Positions 36,855 through 49,522 of a stretch of 64,000 nucleotides of DNA are shown here, one piece after another. Under the pieces are notes generated by a model. That model worked only from the letters and a program-made list of their open reading frames with translations, was not told the DNA's origin and made no database searches. The stretch spans positions 3,844,001-3,908,000 of the forward strand of contig CP110440.1 in NCBI GenBank assembly GCA_026914245.1, written 5' to 3'. The first letter of the stretch is position 1. The number at the start of each line of letters is the position of its first letter. This stretch comes from Puccinia triticina. Lineage: Eukaryota. The position numbers and the translations under genes were made by a program.

Positions 36855-39800
36855 CGTGATCCCTGGTGTAAATTCATTCACCATTAACTTAAGACACTTC
36901 CTAAAACGTTGCCTTTATGGTATGCCAAGGTGGCATCCTCCTCCAACCAGAATACGCGGATTGCCGGAGTTGGATTTTATAGAGCTGGTCGGATAGGTGC
37001 GCGGAGGGCGTTGATGAAACTTCTGAAAAGAAACTCAATTTCCCATTTTTGTGGGATCAATTGCGTCCGGGAAGACTCGGAGGCACGCCGGAAAAGGTGT
37101 CAGCCTGGAGAAGAGCTAGGGAAATGGCTCGGGGTGATTTTAAGAGTTCTGAAAAGAACCTTAGGTAACCGTTTTCAAGTGATCGATTGCATGTGGAAAG
37201 ATGAAAATGGAAGAAAAAGGGGAGGGGGATGTGGGCGAAGGTGGGAGGGGAAAAGGAAATTAAATAACAGAGTCTGGCTTGAATTGAAGTATGGGGAAAA
37301 GTATAAAAGGAGGCAGCGAGTCGATGATTGCTGGTCATTGCTTGGCTCTTGCTCGGCGCCAATTGCTTAAAGAGCCAAGCGATCCAGGTGCATTGGGACC
37401 TGTATTTTTTTGGGGGGGTGGGGGAAGGGAGAAATGCTGCCTTTTTTTTTGTTGGTGGGCGCGGCGGTCCGCTTAATGTTAAACTGTTAATCCTCTAGAT
37501 TGCGCGCATCTCTGATGGGGATATCAATGTACCTTTTGACATGTTACACTGAGTTGAGAAGTTTCAAATTCATTATTATTTTATTCATTATTATTCTCAA
37601 ACCACAAGTTGATGCCATGTACATAGTCTATTTAACCATAGCCTAGTCCGAAGCAATCAACCCATTGGTTCTCTCCCTCTTTTTCTGCCCTTGAGCCGAT
37701 CCAGTGAGAAAACCCTCCTCTCACTGTCCAGCATATTCTTGCCGCATCTCCGCCCCCTTTTTGGGTTCTCCGGTGTGGTGGACAAAACGGTAGTCAGCTT
37801 CAAATTTCGAGATCAGCCCTCAAGATCCTCAAGATCAAGACCCAAGCTTCAAGGCCCAACCCTCAAGATTGCCTCAGTTTCTCTCAGATTCATTTTCTTC
37901 CTCCTTTCCCACTCTCTTCATTTTTCACTTCCAACTCCTCCCCCTTCTCACTCACTTATCTTCACATTTCTTGGTCCTAACACAGATTATCTGTGGGTTT
38001 ATTTTGTTATTTTGATTTGCTTGTTTTTGTTTCTTCTGGCTCTGTTTCCCTCTCTTTTCCTCTCTGTCAGGTTTTTGATTTTTCTGGATTATTTTCTTCT
38101 CTCACTCTTCCATTTATCATGTCTCACCTATTTGTCTGTTTTCTGCTTCATTTTTGTGTTGTGTTTCCTTTCTTCTTTTCTGTTGTCTTTGGTGTGTGCG
38201 CGCGCACGGCGCGCGAGGAGATGATGACATGCTTGTGACAGGCCTCCAGGAATCCAAGTTCCCGGCGAACTTGGAGGATAGGAGGCCATAGCATCCTGTT
38301 CTGATCCAAGTCAGGGGTTATCAATAAGATCAATCTTTTTCCCGAGTCCCGAGTCCAAAGAGTCCGAATCCCAGAGTCCCTACCAGAATCCACCTTCCCA
38401 ACAAACCCAAACCGCCTCCGAGGATCCAAACCCCGGCAAAACAAATCAAAACCACTCCACAACAGCTATCACCTCGAATCAACGGTGGGCCGCTACGCTA
38501 AACTAGCGGTAGCGGCCGCTATCTGATAGTGTAGTATCAGGTAATTTCCAGAGATATTTGGGAGTTTCAGTTGAAGCTGAAATAATCTAAATTACTGGAG
38601 AGTTCAGTGGTTTTTTCTGCCTTGAGATTCATGGTAGTTTTAGCGTCAACTACAAGGCGTTAAACTGTTCCTTAGCGTAGAATTTTTTCGCTATCCAAAT
38701 TTTCTTTCCATTTCAGCTCAGTTTTTTTCCTGCTACACTACGCTACACTTGCATACTTTACTCTGCTACACTTGCATACTTTACCCCGCTACACTGCAGA
38801 CTGAACTACGCTACACTGACTATTGTAGTTGCTCTAACTTACCAATCTAAGACCCGCTACCTCGGATTCAGCGCACAATGTATCAGGTGCTGTGATCTCC
38901 GCAGCGGGCACATGCGGGTGATTAAGAATCGGAATCGAACACGCGTGTCTTCAAAAGGTTATCATGTCAGAATCACCCGTCCTGACTGCTATGCTATGTC
39001 AACTTGCTTATCACTCCAGTCACTCAATTACGAACCAATCGTCTACATGATTCATATCAGTAGTTGTGTTCTGTGGCTCAAATTGGGTATGTACGTTTGT
39101 ACATGTGTAGATACATAATATTCCATTCCCACTTAGCCGCTGCGGGGAGGTCTGGCAGGGGGTTTCCAGCATGCGGTCCCTTGCGGGTTGCGCGTGGCTC
39201 AATGCACCACCACACCTTGGTTGACGCTGCGGAGGGCACCGCGATGCTCTCTCTTAGTCATCTGCTCACTATTGAGAGTCCTGGAAGTCAGGGAGTAACT
39301 TCACCAGACTCTTGTGTGTGGTTCGGGGGAGGATTGGTCCCCGATCCTTTGTGCTGCGCTCTTGTGGTTCTTCTCTTTTTTAAAGTCCCCTGGGAGTGGG
39401 GAATCGACAGGGAGAAGTTCCTGAGGGAGGAGAAGGCAGTGGACCGGATCCTCCCGGAGCAGAAAGTCCCCGGAGGGTGAGGGCAAAGGCGCTAGACCCC
39501 ACGCGTGAGCGTGAGTGCCTAGTCCTCGTTTAGACTTGTGTAGGGCGGGTGGGCAGTCGCGAAAAGGCTTTGATCCAAGAGGGGTAGACTAGAAGGGACT
39601 CGGGAATGGGAGGCTCGGAGAGGAAAGAGCGGGCTCGAGGAGTCTCAGACCCCGAGAGTTCTGAGGGGATGCAGGCAACCTCCCCAGGTCCCTGTAAAGC
39701 CCTGTACGCCGCTATCTCCGCCGTCGCTACATGTACATGGCCGCACTACGTGCTTGTGGCTTGGCGTGTACAGGGAGGGGCTGGACAGTTCGATGGACTC

Positions 39801-40570
39801 CACCGACCTCCCGTGTAACAAGAACAAACCAGGGGAGGCCCCTGAGGCTGACACACGAATGGAGTGAAAAAATAAGTGCGCAAAGCCAGGTTTGCTCACC
39901 TTGTTCTCTCACCCCTTCGCTCACCTCGTTCTCTCACCCCTTTGCTCACCTTGTTCTCTCACCCCTCTCGCTCACCTTTGTAAGCTGTCAAGTAGAGCTA
40001 ACAACTCGCTTGAAACCAATCTTGCAGGCAAGAGATTCAAGAGCAAGACCCGAGAAGCAGCAGCAGCATCAAATCGAAAGACTTCAAACAACGGTAAGCA
40101 GATAGACAACTCAAATTCCAAGTGGACTGATCACTGACTTCAAATGACCAGACAATATCGGCGACGCTCTCCTATCGCATCATCTAAGCTAGGCCAAATC
40201 AAGGTTAAAAACCTGGCCCAAGTATCAAGTAAGTTATCATGCTATTACCACTGTTAGCGATGCAGCAGACCCGCTAACAGAAAACCCAATTGTTCAACTC
40301 CGCTCGCTCACATCTCCTCGTTTACCTCTGCTTGCTCACATCTCCTCGCTCACCTCCGCTTGCTCAAATCTGCTAGCTCACCTCCGATCTCTCAAGTCTG
40401 CCTGCTCACGTCCGTTTGCTCGACCAGCTAAGGTTAAGTTCATTGACAAACTTGCAAACTGCTAAACTCAAATTCTTTTCTTATGATACACTGCTAATGG
40501 CTAGCTATTCCCTTCTTGCAATTCACCTCATCTACTGAATCTTAGAAGCAAAAAAGGCACCAAGACCAGG

Positions 40571-41964
40571 ATGACGAGGGCCCACAACAAGCGGTATGAT
40601 GTACTTTTCCATACTTACATCAACAAGTTGCTGACTTACCTCCTCCCGTTTTCTTCTTCTACTTTGATCCATTCTCTGCCAATTGTTTTTGATACCATTA
40701 TTCTACTTGGTGGTATGTTGGATGTCGGTGGTTGAAAATCCTACTGGTGACCGGCATATCACACAGGAACCATAATGCTTCAAAGCGACTGTCAAAGAAT
40801 CGGAACAAAGCGAAGAAAAAAGCTGAGGAGCATGCGGCTTTCCAACAAAAAGCTATAGGCATTGATACACCCGAACGACTCCACAATGCATTTCGATGGC
40901 AGCGTGTCAAGTTCCGGCTTCTCAATCTTTATCCTTTGATCCCACTGGACAAAAAAAATGATCCAACTCGTCCACCTACCAACAAAGAGATTGCAGCGGC
41001 CGCCAAAACCGTCAGGGATTCCTTCTTTCTCTTAAGATCTGGCTGATCGGTGATACGGGACCCCTTAGATAAAACTTCACTTATTGCTATAATTGAATTC
41101 ACGCCTTGGAATGAGTTAACCCCTGAAGAAATCGACAACTTAAACTTCCTTTCCACTTTTCTACACAACTCAAAAAAGTTTATAAACAAGGTTTCTTCTT
41201 CTAAACGATTCTGGGGTGGCCTCATGTGGGCCATTGGCTGGAGGAAATCATATGACTTCATGCAAATCATCGGCAGATATATCAAAAAATTTACTCCTGC
41301 CAAAGCAAAAGCTTATAATGCTCATTTTGAACAGTCCTCCCGTGCTGGAAAGATTATTGGAGACTATTTTAAACAGCTTGGTTCGGTTCCTTTTGCATCA
41401 AATCAAGATATCATGAAAAAATACAACCTTCCTTCTTTTGACTCCCTTTCTTTTGGTGAAAAACCCAAGGATTCTGATTGTTCCCCCCATATTACTTTCA
41501 CTACAAATGGTTTTTTCAATGCTCCCCATACCGATAAAAAAGATGTCTCTGAATACGCCTTTGCCTTATTTCTTCCTACTTTCTCTGCTACTGGTGCTTT
41601 AGCTCCTCCCAATTCTCAGTATGATGTTACTTCTGGCCCTTTTGTCTTTCCCAATTACAAAATTGGTCTCAATTTTGATTATCAGCATGGTATAGTTAAA
41701 ATGATATGGAAGGCCAACCGATATAAACATTGTACCTTAAAGCCTTCCCCTAGTTCTGTCTTCACCCGCCTTGGAATGTCACTCCAAATTAACTTTCAAC
41801 TTCTAAACGCTTGTAAAAAGAACATCAAAGGCCATTACAAAGATTTCCGTCATTACTTTGGTGATCATTTTTATTACATGTTCCGTAGTTTAGGAAAAGC
41901 TGCTTTGTTAGCTACTACTTTGTTATACTTCATTCTTTTTTCCTTCATCAGCATGTTTCCATGA
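40571..41964 (+). pseudogene. TET/JBP-like 2OG-Fe(II) dioxygenase, copy 2, with the same in-frame TGA (41044-41046)
   Basis: Translation identical to copy 1 in the ORF track. Confidence 0.75.
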
Positions 41965-43095
41965 AAAATTTCACATTATATCTCCATGAAAAATTTCACT
42001 TACTATAATTACTCATTGGTTCAACTTCAAGTTAACACAAGACACACAAAATAAATCCATTTTGCAAATTTGGGCTGAAGAGGATCAACTTAAAACTTGC
42101 TTTGACCCAGTTCAGTGAAAACTGAAAGGGTTCAATTTGAAAAGGCTGGAATATTGTTGGGGAAATTTGTTTCTGTTTGCATATCATTCAACTCATTTTA
42201 AGATCTTTTGATTTGTATGTATGCTTTATTTGGGAGGAAATCAATTGTGGAACCAAACTCTTGGTGGTACTGAATTGGATCAGATTGATAATTAATTTTG
42301 ACAATGATGGGTAACACCAATACTGGTGTCACAAATCAGCAAGAAACAGAAGACATATAAACCAGAAACAAAGTCCATATGTTTCTTCAATAAACTATTG
42401 TATTAATGCTCTTTAGGCTGAAAATTATAGCAAGAAAATGGCTAATTTTTTGGTGTGGTAAATAAAACCATAATTTCAGAATCTGTTGACTCATTTCATA
42501 TTATTATTTCTTTTGAAATTTACACAACTTCCTGAATCCTGATTATTGTGCCAAAACAAGATAAATAAAAATGGTTCATCAGATAAATGAATAAAGTGGT
42601 TGAACTCATGGAAATCTGGTTTTGTGGATGAACTCCTGTCAAACCTGTGGGCAAAGCCCAATTTTTCTGCAAATATCTAGAGAAGAACTATATTGGTAAA
42701 AATTTAATGGAAAGAATTTTTTACATAAAACCATAAACAGCAATTTTGGCTGGGAGATTTCACTTTAAGTTTTATGCAGGCTGACATCTCCCAGCCAAAA
42801 TTGGTCTTATGATTTTATGTAAACCGTGACATATGCAATTTTGAACATCATAAAGGTAACCAGATCCAATTGAAATTCGATGTAGAATGGATTTCATATG
42901 CATGCAGCATGCATATTCTGGCTTACTTGGTACTTACAACTCATATGGGAACCCGCACAAACATCCAAAAAACCATCCAACAGATAAAAAACTTTGTTAC
43001 CCAATACCATCCCTCGTACTCTAAAAATACTTTATAACACTGAAAGAAACATTTGATCATTAACAAAACAATCAAATCCATATTCTCTTGAAAAA

Positions 43096-46000
43096 ATGTC
43101 TAAGCAAACAACTCCAATCCCAACGTCAAACCAAGGAGGATATCAAAGTGATACAAGCCAGCAGTTAACACGTCGTTCCTCAAGAGTTACAACTCCTGTC
43201 CAGCGGTCTGGAATGGTCCGGCAATCCTCAGATTCACGTTGTTCAATCAACCAAATTGGTCCAAATATTCAGTCGAAAAAGCGAAAGGATCCTCAATCTG
43301 ATTCCAAAGGTGGCTCCCCAAGTGCACCTGTTTCTCGAAATAAAAAGGCCAAGACAACTACAAATAAAAATCCGGAAGCATCCCAGTCCTCCGTGAAAAG
43401 TACAGCCGAAACGTCTAAGAATAAGCAGCCGGTGATTGATCTTGCTCAAGACTCCAATGGCGAAAATTCTAAAGCTCGGAAGAAAGGAAGGGACAGCACC
43501 TATGACAAACCACTGCTGTTTTTTGGTGCTCCTTACCGTCTCCCAAACGATGTAAGTCCTTATTTAACATAAAAGGTTCAAAATTATATCTAATTATCAT
43601 CATTTCCAGAGCGCCGATGAAGGACCACAAACGTATGACTGCTTGTGGTGTAAGAAGCCTATCCGAGTCTCCCGGGGTACCTTGTCGAATCTAAAAACCC
43701 ACTGTGACGGATCTTCTCAAGAAGGAAGGTGCCCAGTTGGATGTCGAAATCACCATAAAGCAATTGCTGATGGAGATAAGCTTCCACCAACAGTGGATGA
43801 GTTACGGATACAGCACAAAAACAAAAGGAAAACTGGAAAGATTACCAACCATTTTGCTCGAGTAGAAAAATTCAATAATGTTACGCTCAACCAGATCATT
43901 ACAATGTGGCTTGTTCGTCAAGCACTCCCTTGGAATCGTGTCGAAGACACATATCTCCGTGCCGCATTCAACTACTGTGAAGCATCGGCGATCTTGTTCA
44001 AGCGCAAGTGGGCAGCTACTTCGGCAAGAGAGTTATACTTGGAATTACAAGATTCTATGTTGAACCGCTTGAAAGTGCGTATTTTATTCAAAGTTTTCCC
44101 TTTTCAAGTTGGGATTGTGTATTGAATCTTTTTGTGATAAATTACTAGGCTTCCAATAGCAAGTTCAATCTGGTACATGATGTATGGACAACCAAAGGCA
44201 ACCGCCATGGTTTTATTGGTGCTTCTGTTTCATTTATCGACAATCAGTGGAATTATGTAGTACTCCATTTGAGTATGAAATTAGTTGCCTGGCATCATAA
44301 GGGAAGCTTGTTGGCCGAACCAATTGTCAACATCTTGAAAAAGCACAATCTTCAGAATAAAATAAGTTCTTTTCAACAGTTTTCTGCTGACGTATAAATG
44401 CAAAAAAAAACTAATTTATCTTCTTTGCATTAATTTACATGCTTTGCCAGACTACAGATTCAGGATCAAACAATAATACCATGGCCGAAAAGATGCACAG
44501 TAAATTGCGCCTCATAGGGAGCGATCTTGAATGGGATTATGCAACGATGCATATCAAATGCTTTTGTCATAAGATGGCGTTGGTGGTCAATGCGGGTTTG
44601 TGGGAGTTGGGTATTGAAGCTCCACCTCCACCAAAAGTCAAGAAAGCGTTCCTTGGTTCTTTTCCCTTTCCCGATATAATGGAGAAAATAGCGGAAGAAG
44701 ATGAAGAAAACGCCAACGATGAGAATAAGGTGGTCGACAGCGAATCCGATGGAGAAAACAATCCAAAGGAGCTTGACGAATACGAGGAAGATATGGTTGA
44801 TGAAGACGATGAGCCAGATGAGCAAGAGGAAGAAGAACAGACCGATCCAAAGTATATGTCAAGAAATAAAAATACAAAATCAGCCGCTAATCAAAACAAA
44901 TCTAACGAGTTGAACGAATTAACCAAGGCGGTGAGAATACTTTTCAATTTTATGTATAAAAAAAACTGTACTGATTTTATTTTTGATACTAGTTGGATTT
45001 TGTGATACTGAAAATAACTGGCTCTAGCGCATGGAGGCAGGAATTTGAGCGACGTGCTGCTGGAAAAGGATTGCAAACTCTGATTGCTGGTTATGGGATT
45101 CGTTGGAATATCAAGTATGAAAGTAGAAGGCGTGCATATGAAGCAAGAGATGTATGTCATAAAACTCAGACAGATTTGAATACTTTATTCACATATTATT
45201 TTGCAGGTTATTGATGAAATGCTCCGTGCCAAGTATGTCAAATTTCAAGAGAAAATTGCCCGAGAAAGCCATAAAGACAATCGCAAAAAGTATGGTCACT
45301 TCAACGAGATACAATTTGCCAAAAAGGAGTGGCTGCTGATTGCTCAATTAAATGACGAGTTAGAAGTGAGAAATTTTTCAACTCTTATCCAATTTACTTA
45401 GTTTGTTTTGTTGATGTTATTTTTTTTCAGCCTTTTGACCGTCTTACAAAGATGATGGAAGGTGATGGTCCTACCGGTCCTTATGTTCTTCCAAACTATT
45501 TTCAAACCATTTCTGATTTGAAGAACAAGGATGAGCGATGTGGGCGAGATGATGCATTGCATCCAATGTACATCAAGATGATTGAAAAATTAAAGGTTTA
45601 CAAAGACGAGGCACTAGGATGTGAAACTTTGGTAATGGCGACTCTCCTTCACCCTAGTTTTCGGTTAAAATTATTATCCAAGTGCTGGCCGGAAAAAAGC
45701 GGGGAGGCTCAAGCTTTGTTGGAGCGACACTTTGCGGCGAGGGAAGCTTTGTTAAAAAGAGAAAGTGACGACATTGAGGTTTTGGACGAAGATAAAGAAA
45801 AGCCCAAGGAAGTTGTTAACAAAAATATCTTTGACGAATTCAATTCTACTGCGGCGGCTGCAGAAAGCAAGGAACTCGAGCTCTACCTCAAGAACATGGA
45901 TTGTTTTGCAGCCCCAAATTCCAAGGATCCCGTGAGTGCTTTGATATGGTGGAAGGTATGTTTCTATTTGAATTTACTTGATTTCAAAGTTTTACGACTC

Positions 46001-46289
46001 ATGAAATTCCATATGTGACTTTCAGGATCATTCAAGCACGTTCCCTGTCCTATCATCGTTAGCAAAGGACTACCTAGGTTGTTCTGCATCATCTTGCGCG
46101 GCCAAGCGTACATTTTCTTCGGCTGCCGATGTCTGCACCAGTGGTCGGGGAAGATTGATACCACGAACGATAGAACAATGTGTCAGTAGTCATATGTGGC
46201 TCAAAGCGGGATTGAAAATCACTGGAAAATTTGAAAAGGCGCAAAACATTGTCACGGCTTTCACCAACCATTTTGATAAAGATCTATAG
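43096..46289 (+). pseudogene. hAT transposase, copy 2; catalytic Glu changed to Lys
   Basis: Same exon structure at offset +25352. AAERTFS becomes AAKRTFS (GAG>AAG at 46104). Confidence 0.8.
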
Positions 46290-46855
46290 AAAGCACCGCT
46301 AAACTGTGCTAAAACTCAGCTAAACTATGCTACACATGAGCTAAACTGACGCTAACTTGGGTGCTACATTAATAACTACTGTAGCTAAAAAAAACTACAC
46401 CGTTTTTTAGTGTAGCTGATGATTGTGCTACACTGAAAGGTAGCGTAGCTGATGATTGCGCTACACTGAAAGGTAGTGTAGCTGATGATTGCGCTACACT
46501 GAAAAGTAGTGCAGCTGATACCTACGCTACGCTGACTAAACAGCATCTATCGATGAAAGATGTTAGCGTTAGTTCTCTTATTTAGGTCTAAACTAACGCT
46601 ACGCTACCAGTTTTTTTTTAAATAATTTATTTTGTTAGTTTTTAGTTGGCTAAAATTGGCGCTACAGGTAACTTTTGTGTAGATTAGCGTAAAAATACGA
46701 CACTAAACTACGCTAAAAACTAAAAGTAGTGTAGCGGCCCACCGTTGCTCGAATCCCCTACAACTCTTTTCCGGACCATCCGTGAGGGCAGTCACTCGAC
46801 ACCTTTTCCCCTCCCAGCGCTGCCGCCGGCCTAGCACCGGACGGAGCTCCATATT

Positions 46856-46908
46856 TGGTCCCCCGAGCCGGGATCGAACCAGCGACCTCAAGATTTACAG
46901 TCTCGCAC
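46856..46908 (+). other. Extended primer-binding site complementary to the 3' ~53 nt of mature tRNA-Tyr(GUA)
   Basis: Reverse complement reads GTG-CGAGA-CTGTAAA-TCTTG-AGGTC-GCTGG-TTCGATC-CCGGC-TCGGGGG-A-CCA: anticodon arm with GTA, T arm, acceptor 3' strand and CCA. Confidence 0.85.
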
Positions 46909-47354
46909 TGTGGTTTTGAGGCGTTTGGCGGTTATAAATTTCTTTTTTTTCCTTCTCCTTTTTGATTCCCATCCGTTCGAATCACAGAATCCTAGCTGAA
47001 TCAGCTTTGATTCTTTTCCAAATCACCTCTCGAGCATTCGCGACACGAGGCACGGATTCCTTTGAGGCGCTGACGGTGCCTCAGAGCCATCTCTCATTCC
47101 TCGCCGCCCCACTTCGTCGCAGGAGCCGCTCTAGTCCTTGTTTTAAAGGATCAAGACGTTTCAGGCTCCCATTTCTTTATTTCTTTCTTTTTTTTTCCTT
47201 AGGTGTTCAGTCGCGGGGCATAGGAGTAGCAGAAGTAAGTCCCCTCCACTTAGTAGCACCTCCAAAGCACTACTTCCTTGTCAAAGCATTATTGCCACCG
47301 CTGTGAGCCGCCCCTCGATTTCCGCTTGTTTCTCTCATCAGAACTGCCCTCAAG

Positions 47355-49522
47355 ATGGACGGTGTCATTGCAGATCCTCCTCGCGCGAGGATGGTCAAAA
47401 TCAAACCTCAAGATAAGGCGTTGAAGTTCTCGGGCTCGGACGTCGAGCAGTTTCTCGATGACTACGAGCTGGCAGCAGAGTTGGATGGTGCGTCCGACTA
47501 TGATAAGGCTTGGCAAATCGGCGCCTTCGTTGAGTCTGGAGAGACCCAAACAATCCTAGCGACTCTTGATGGCTACAAGCCTCCAGATTGGACAAAGCTC
47601 AAGGCCGCAATGTTGAGTTACTGGGTGGATGTCGATAAAGCCCTTTTCACCGAGCGCGACGTTGGAACATTGGTGGATCAGTGGGTCCAGAAAGGAGGTG
47701 TATCTTTGGTTTCAGATTATCACGCTTTTCGCAAGGCGTGGGATCCCGTTCAAGCGTATCTCGTCTCGAAAAGTCACGTCGAGTCGGCCGAAGAACTTAA
47801 GAAACCATTTTATCAGGCGTTCTCTGATGGTTTTCAGTCTCGTATCCGGGATCAGCTGATCAAGGACAACACACTGATCGTAACTTCGGATAATCGGGCC
47901 CGTCTTCCGTCTTTCAAGATTCTTCGGAACGCGGTGGACACCGTAATGAAAGGTCAAATTTCCCTGACCTTCGAGGACACAAGGTCGTCGGCCCCAGTTT
48001 CGTCTCCCTTCCAAGTATCTAACGATGTCATGAAGAAAATGGGCGAAGAGAAACGACCCACAATTCCACCTGCCGCTCCTAAGAGCGATCCTTCGATGGA
48101 AGAACTCACCAGGATGTTTAAAGCGTTTGAACAATACATGAAGAAGGAGGGTGGTAAGGCCTTGATGTCAGCTGTGCACCCACCGTTAGTCTGCTACTAC
48201 TGCCACCGTGAGAATCATGGGACCGCGCGTTGTCAGGAGCTGGTCAAGGACAAGGAGGCGGGCTTGGTGGAGCAGAGAGGCACCAACTTTTTCCTCCCGA
48301 ACGGTGCCCTTATCCCCTTTGATCGCAGTCGCCCGATTCGGCACGTAGTTGCTTCATATCAGCCGTCGTCATCAACGGCGCCGCCCAGACATCGACCCCT
48401 ACTCGGAGTTCTTCTAATGCGGTGTCATCTGACTATAAGACGAGCTGCGGATTGCTGCAGCCCTGGTACCCACCAGCGGTTACTTCCCAGTCTTTCGCTG
48501 GGGCTTATGAGGCCAATCCCGCTGGAAGGAAGCGACATGAGGAGCCTCGAACTCACAAGGCCCCCCTGGTGCCGTCTAGTCACTCGAAGCGGCCGTTACG
48601 TAAGGCGACTGGTTTTCCGGCGGACCCGGAGAAGGCAAATGTGGAAGAAGAGACGGAGCTTTTCAATCGGATCATGAACAAGCCGGACCTGTCGAATTCC
48701 TCGCAGAGAGAGGCGCCGGTGCGACCGGCCACCCCGCTGAAGGCAGCGGCACCCCCCAAGGTCAGATTTGAACGGGAGGTTTCTCGAGATCACCCTGACG
48801 CGGTGGAAGGCGTTCTTAGGAAAATTTCGGATTTACCAGTTTCGATGACGGTAGCGGAAATCTGCTCAATCTCCCCGGCCGTAGCAGACGGCATGAAGAA
48901 ATGGGTGGCTCGACGTTGTGTGGAGGTGGGCCCGGAGGATTTGAAGGTCCACTCTGGGACTTTGGCCAAAGGAACCGAATTCGCGGAGTCGACACCGGAT
49001 CCTAACCTGTACTCCTGTCCGTTGGGTTACCTCGCATGTTTGGTCGGAGCTGGGGAGCACCCGGCGTCTCCTTTGATCGATTCGGGCTCCCAGCTGAACA
49101 TTATCTCGGATGCAATGGCAAAGCGTTTCAACCTAACACCACGGGTCAACTTTTCCTCCGCCGTCTACGGCATCAACAATCAAGCCTGTGAGTTGATTGG
49201 AGTGGCGGAGGACGTCCCAATTTGGGTAGGGAGGAGCATCGTGGGCTCGTGCCATTTTTGGATCACGCGTCAAGACAGCCCATTTATTCTGGGCCGGCCA
49301 TTCTTGATTGACTTCGAAGCCACTTTATTGTTCTCTCCCTCAGGAGGGGAGAGGATCATCCTTCCGGACCCCAAAGGCCGCAACATCGAATTCTTGCTTT
49401 GTCCAACGGAGAGGGGACGATGGGAGCGGGAATTTCCGGCTTATGGAAAGAAGGCGGTCATGACGCATTGCGGGCGGATCGTGGAGTTGCCCGAGGGATC
49501 GCCTGATCCATCTTTTTTATGA
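47355..49522 (+). pseudogene. gag-protease (CCHC knuckle, aspartic protease), broken by a frameshift near 48380
   Basis: CYYCHRENHGTARC; LIDSGSQLNII; ILGRPFL. The frame changes between ORFs 47355 and 48422. Confidence 0.85.

Larger units (their letters stand above)
38480..46747 (+). mobile_element. hAT DNA transposon, copy 2 (8268 bp), carrying a TET-like gene
   Basis: Same TIRs as copy 1. TSD CTCGAAT at 38473-38479 and 46748-46754. More than 99% identical to copy 1 apart from a 304-bp deletion at junction 46295/46296. Confidence 0.95.

Noticed and set aside
37691..38224. Hydrophobic 'membrane protein' ORFs (also 53345-54157)
   Set aside because: Artefacts of T-rich LTR sequence.
46856..46908. 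tRNA-Tyr gene on the minus strand
   Set aside because: It lacks the 5' acceptor strand and D arm, includes encoded CCA, and sits at the PBS position.
47231..47341. Self-cleaving ribozyme reading of the fourfold repeat
   Set aside because: I could not build hammerhead, hairpin or twister cores; splice signals explain the ends better.
48370..48425. Programmed frameshift within gag
   Set aside because: No slippery heptamer is visible; more likely an inactivating 1-nt deletion.
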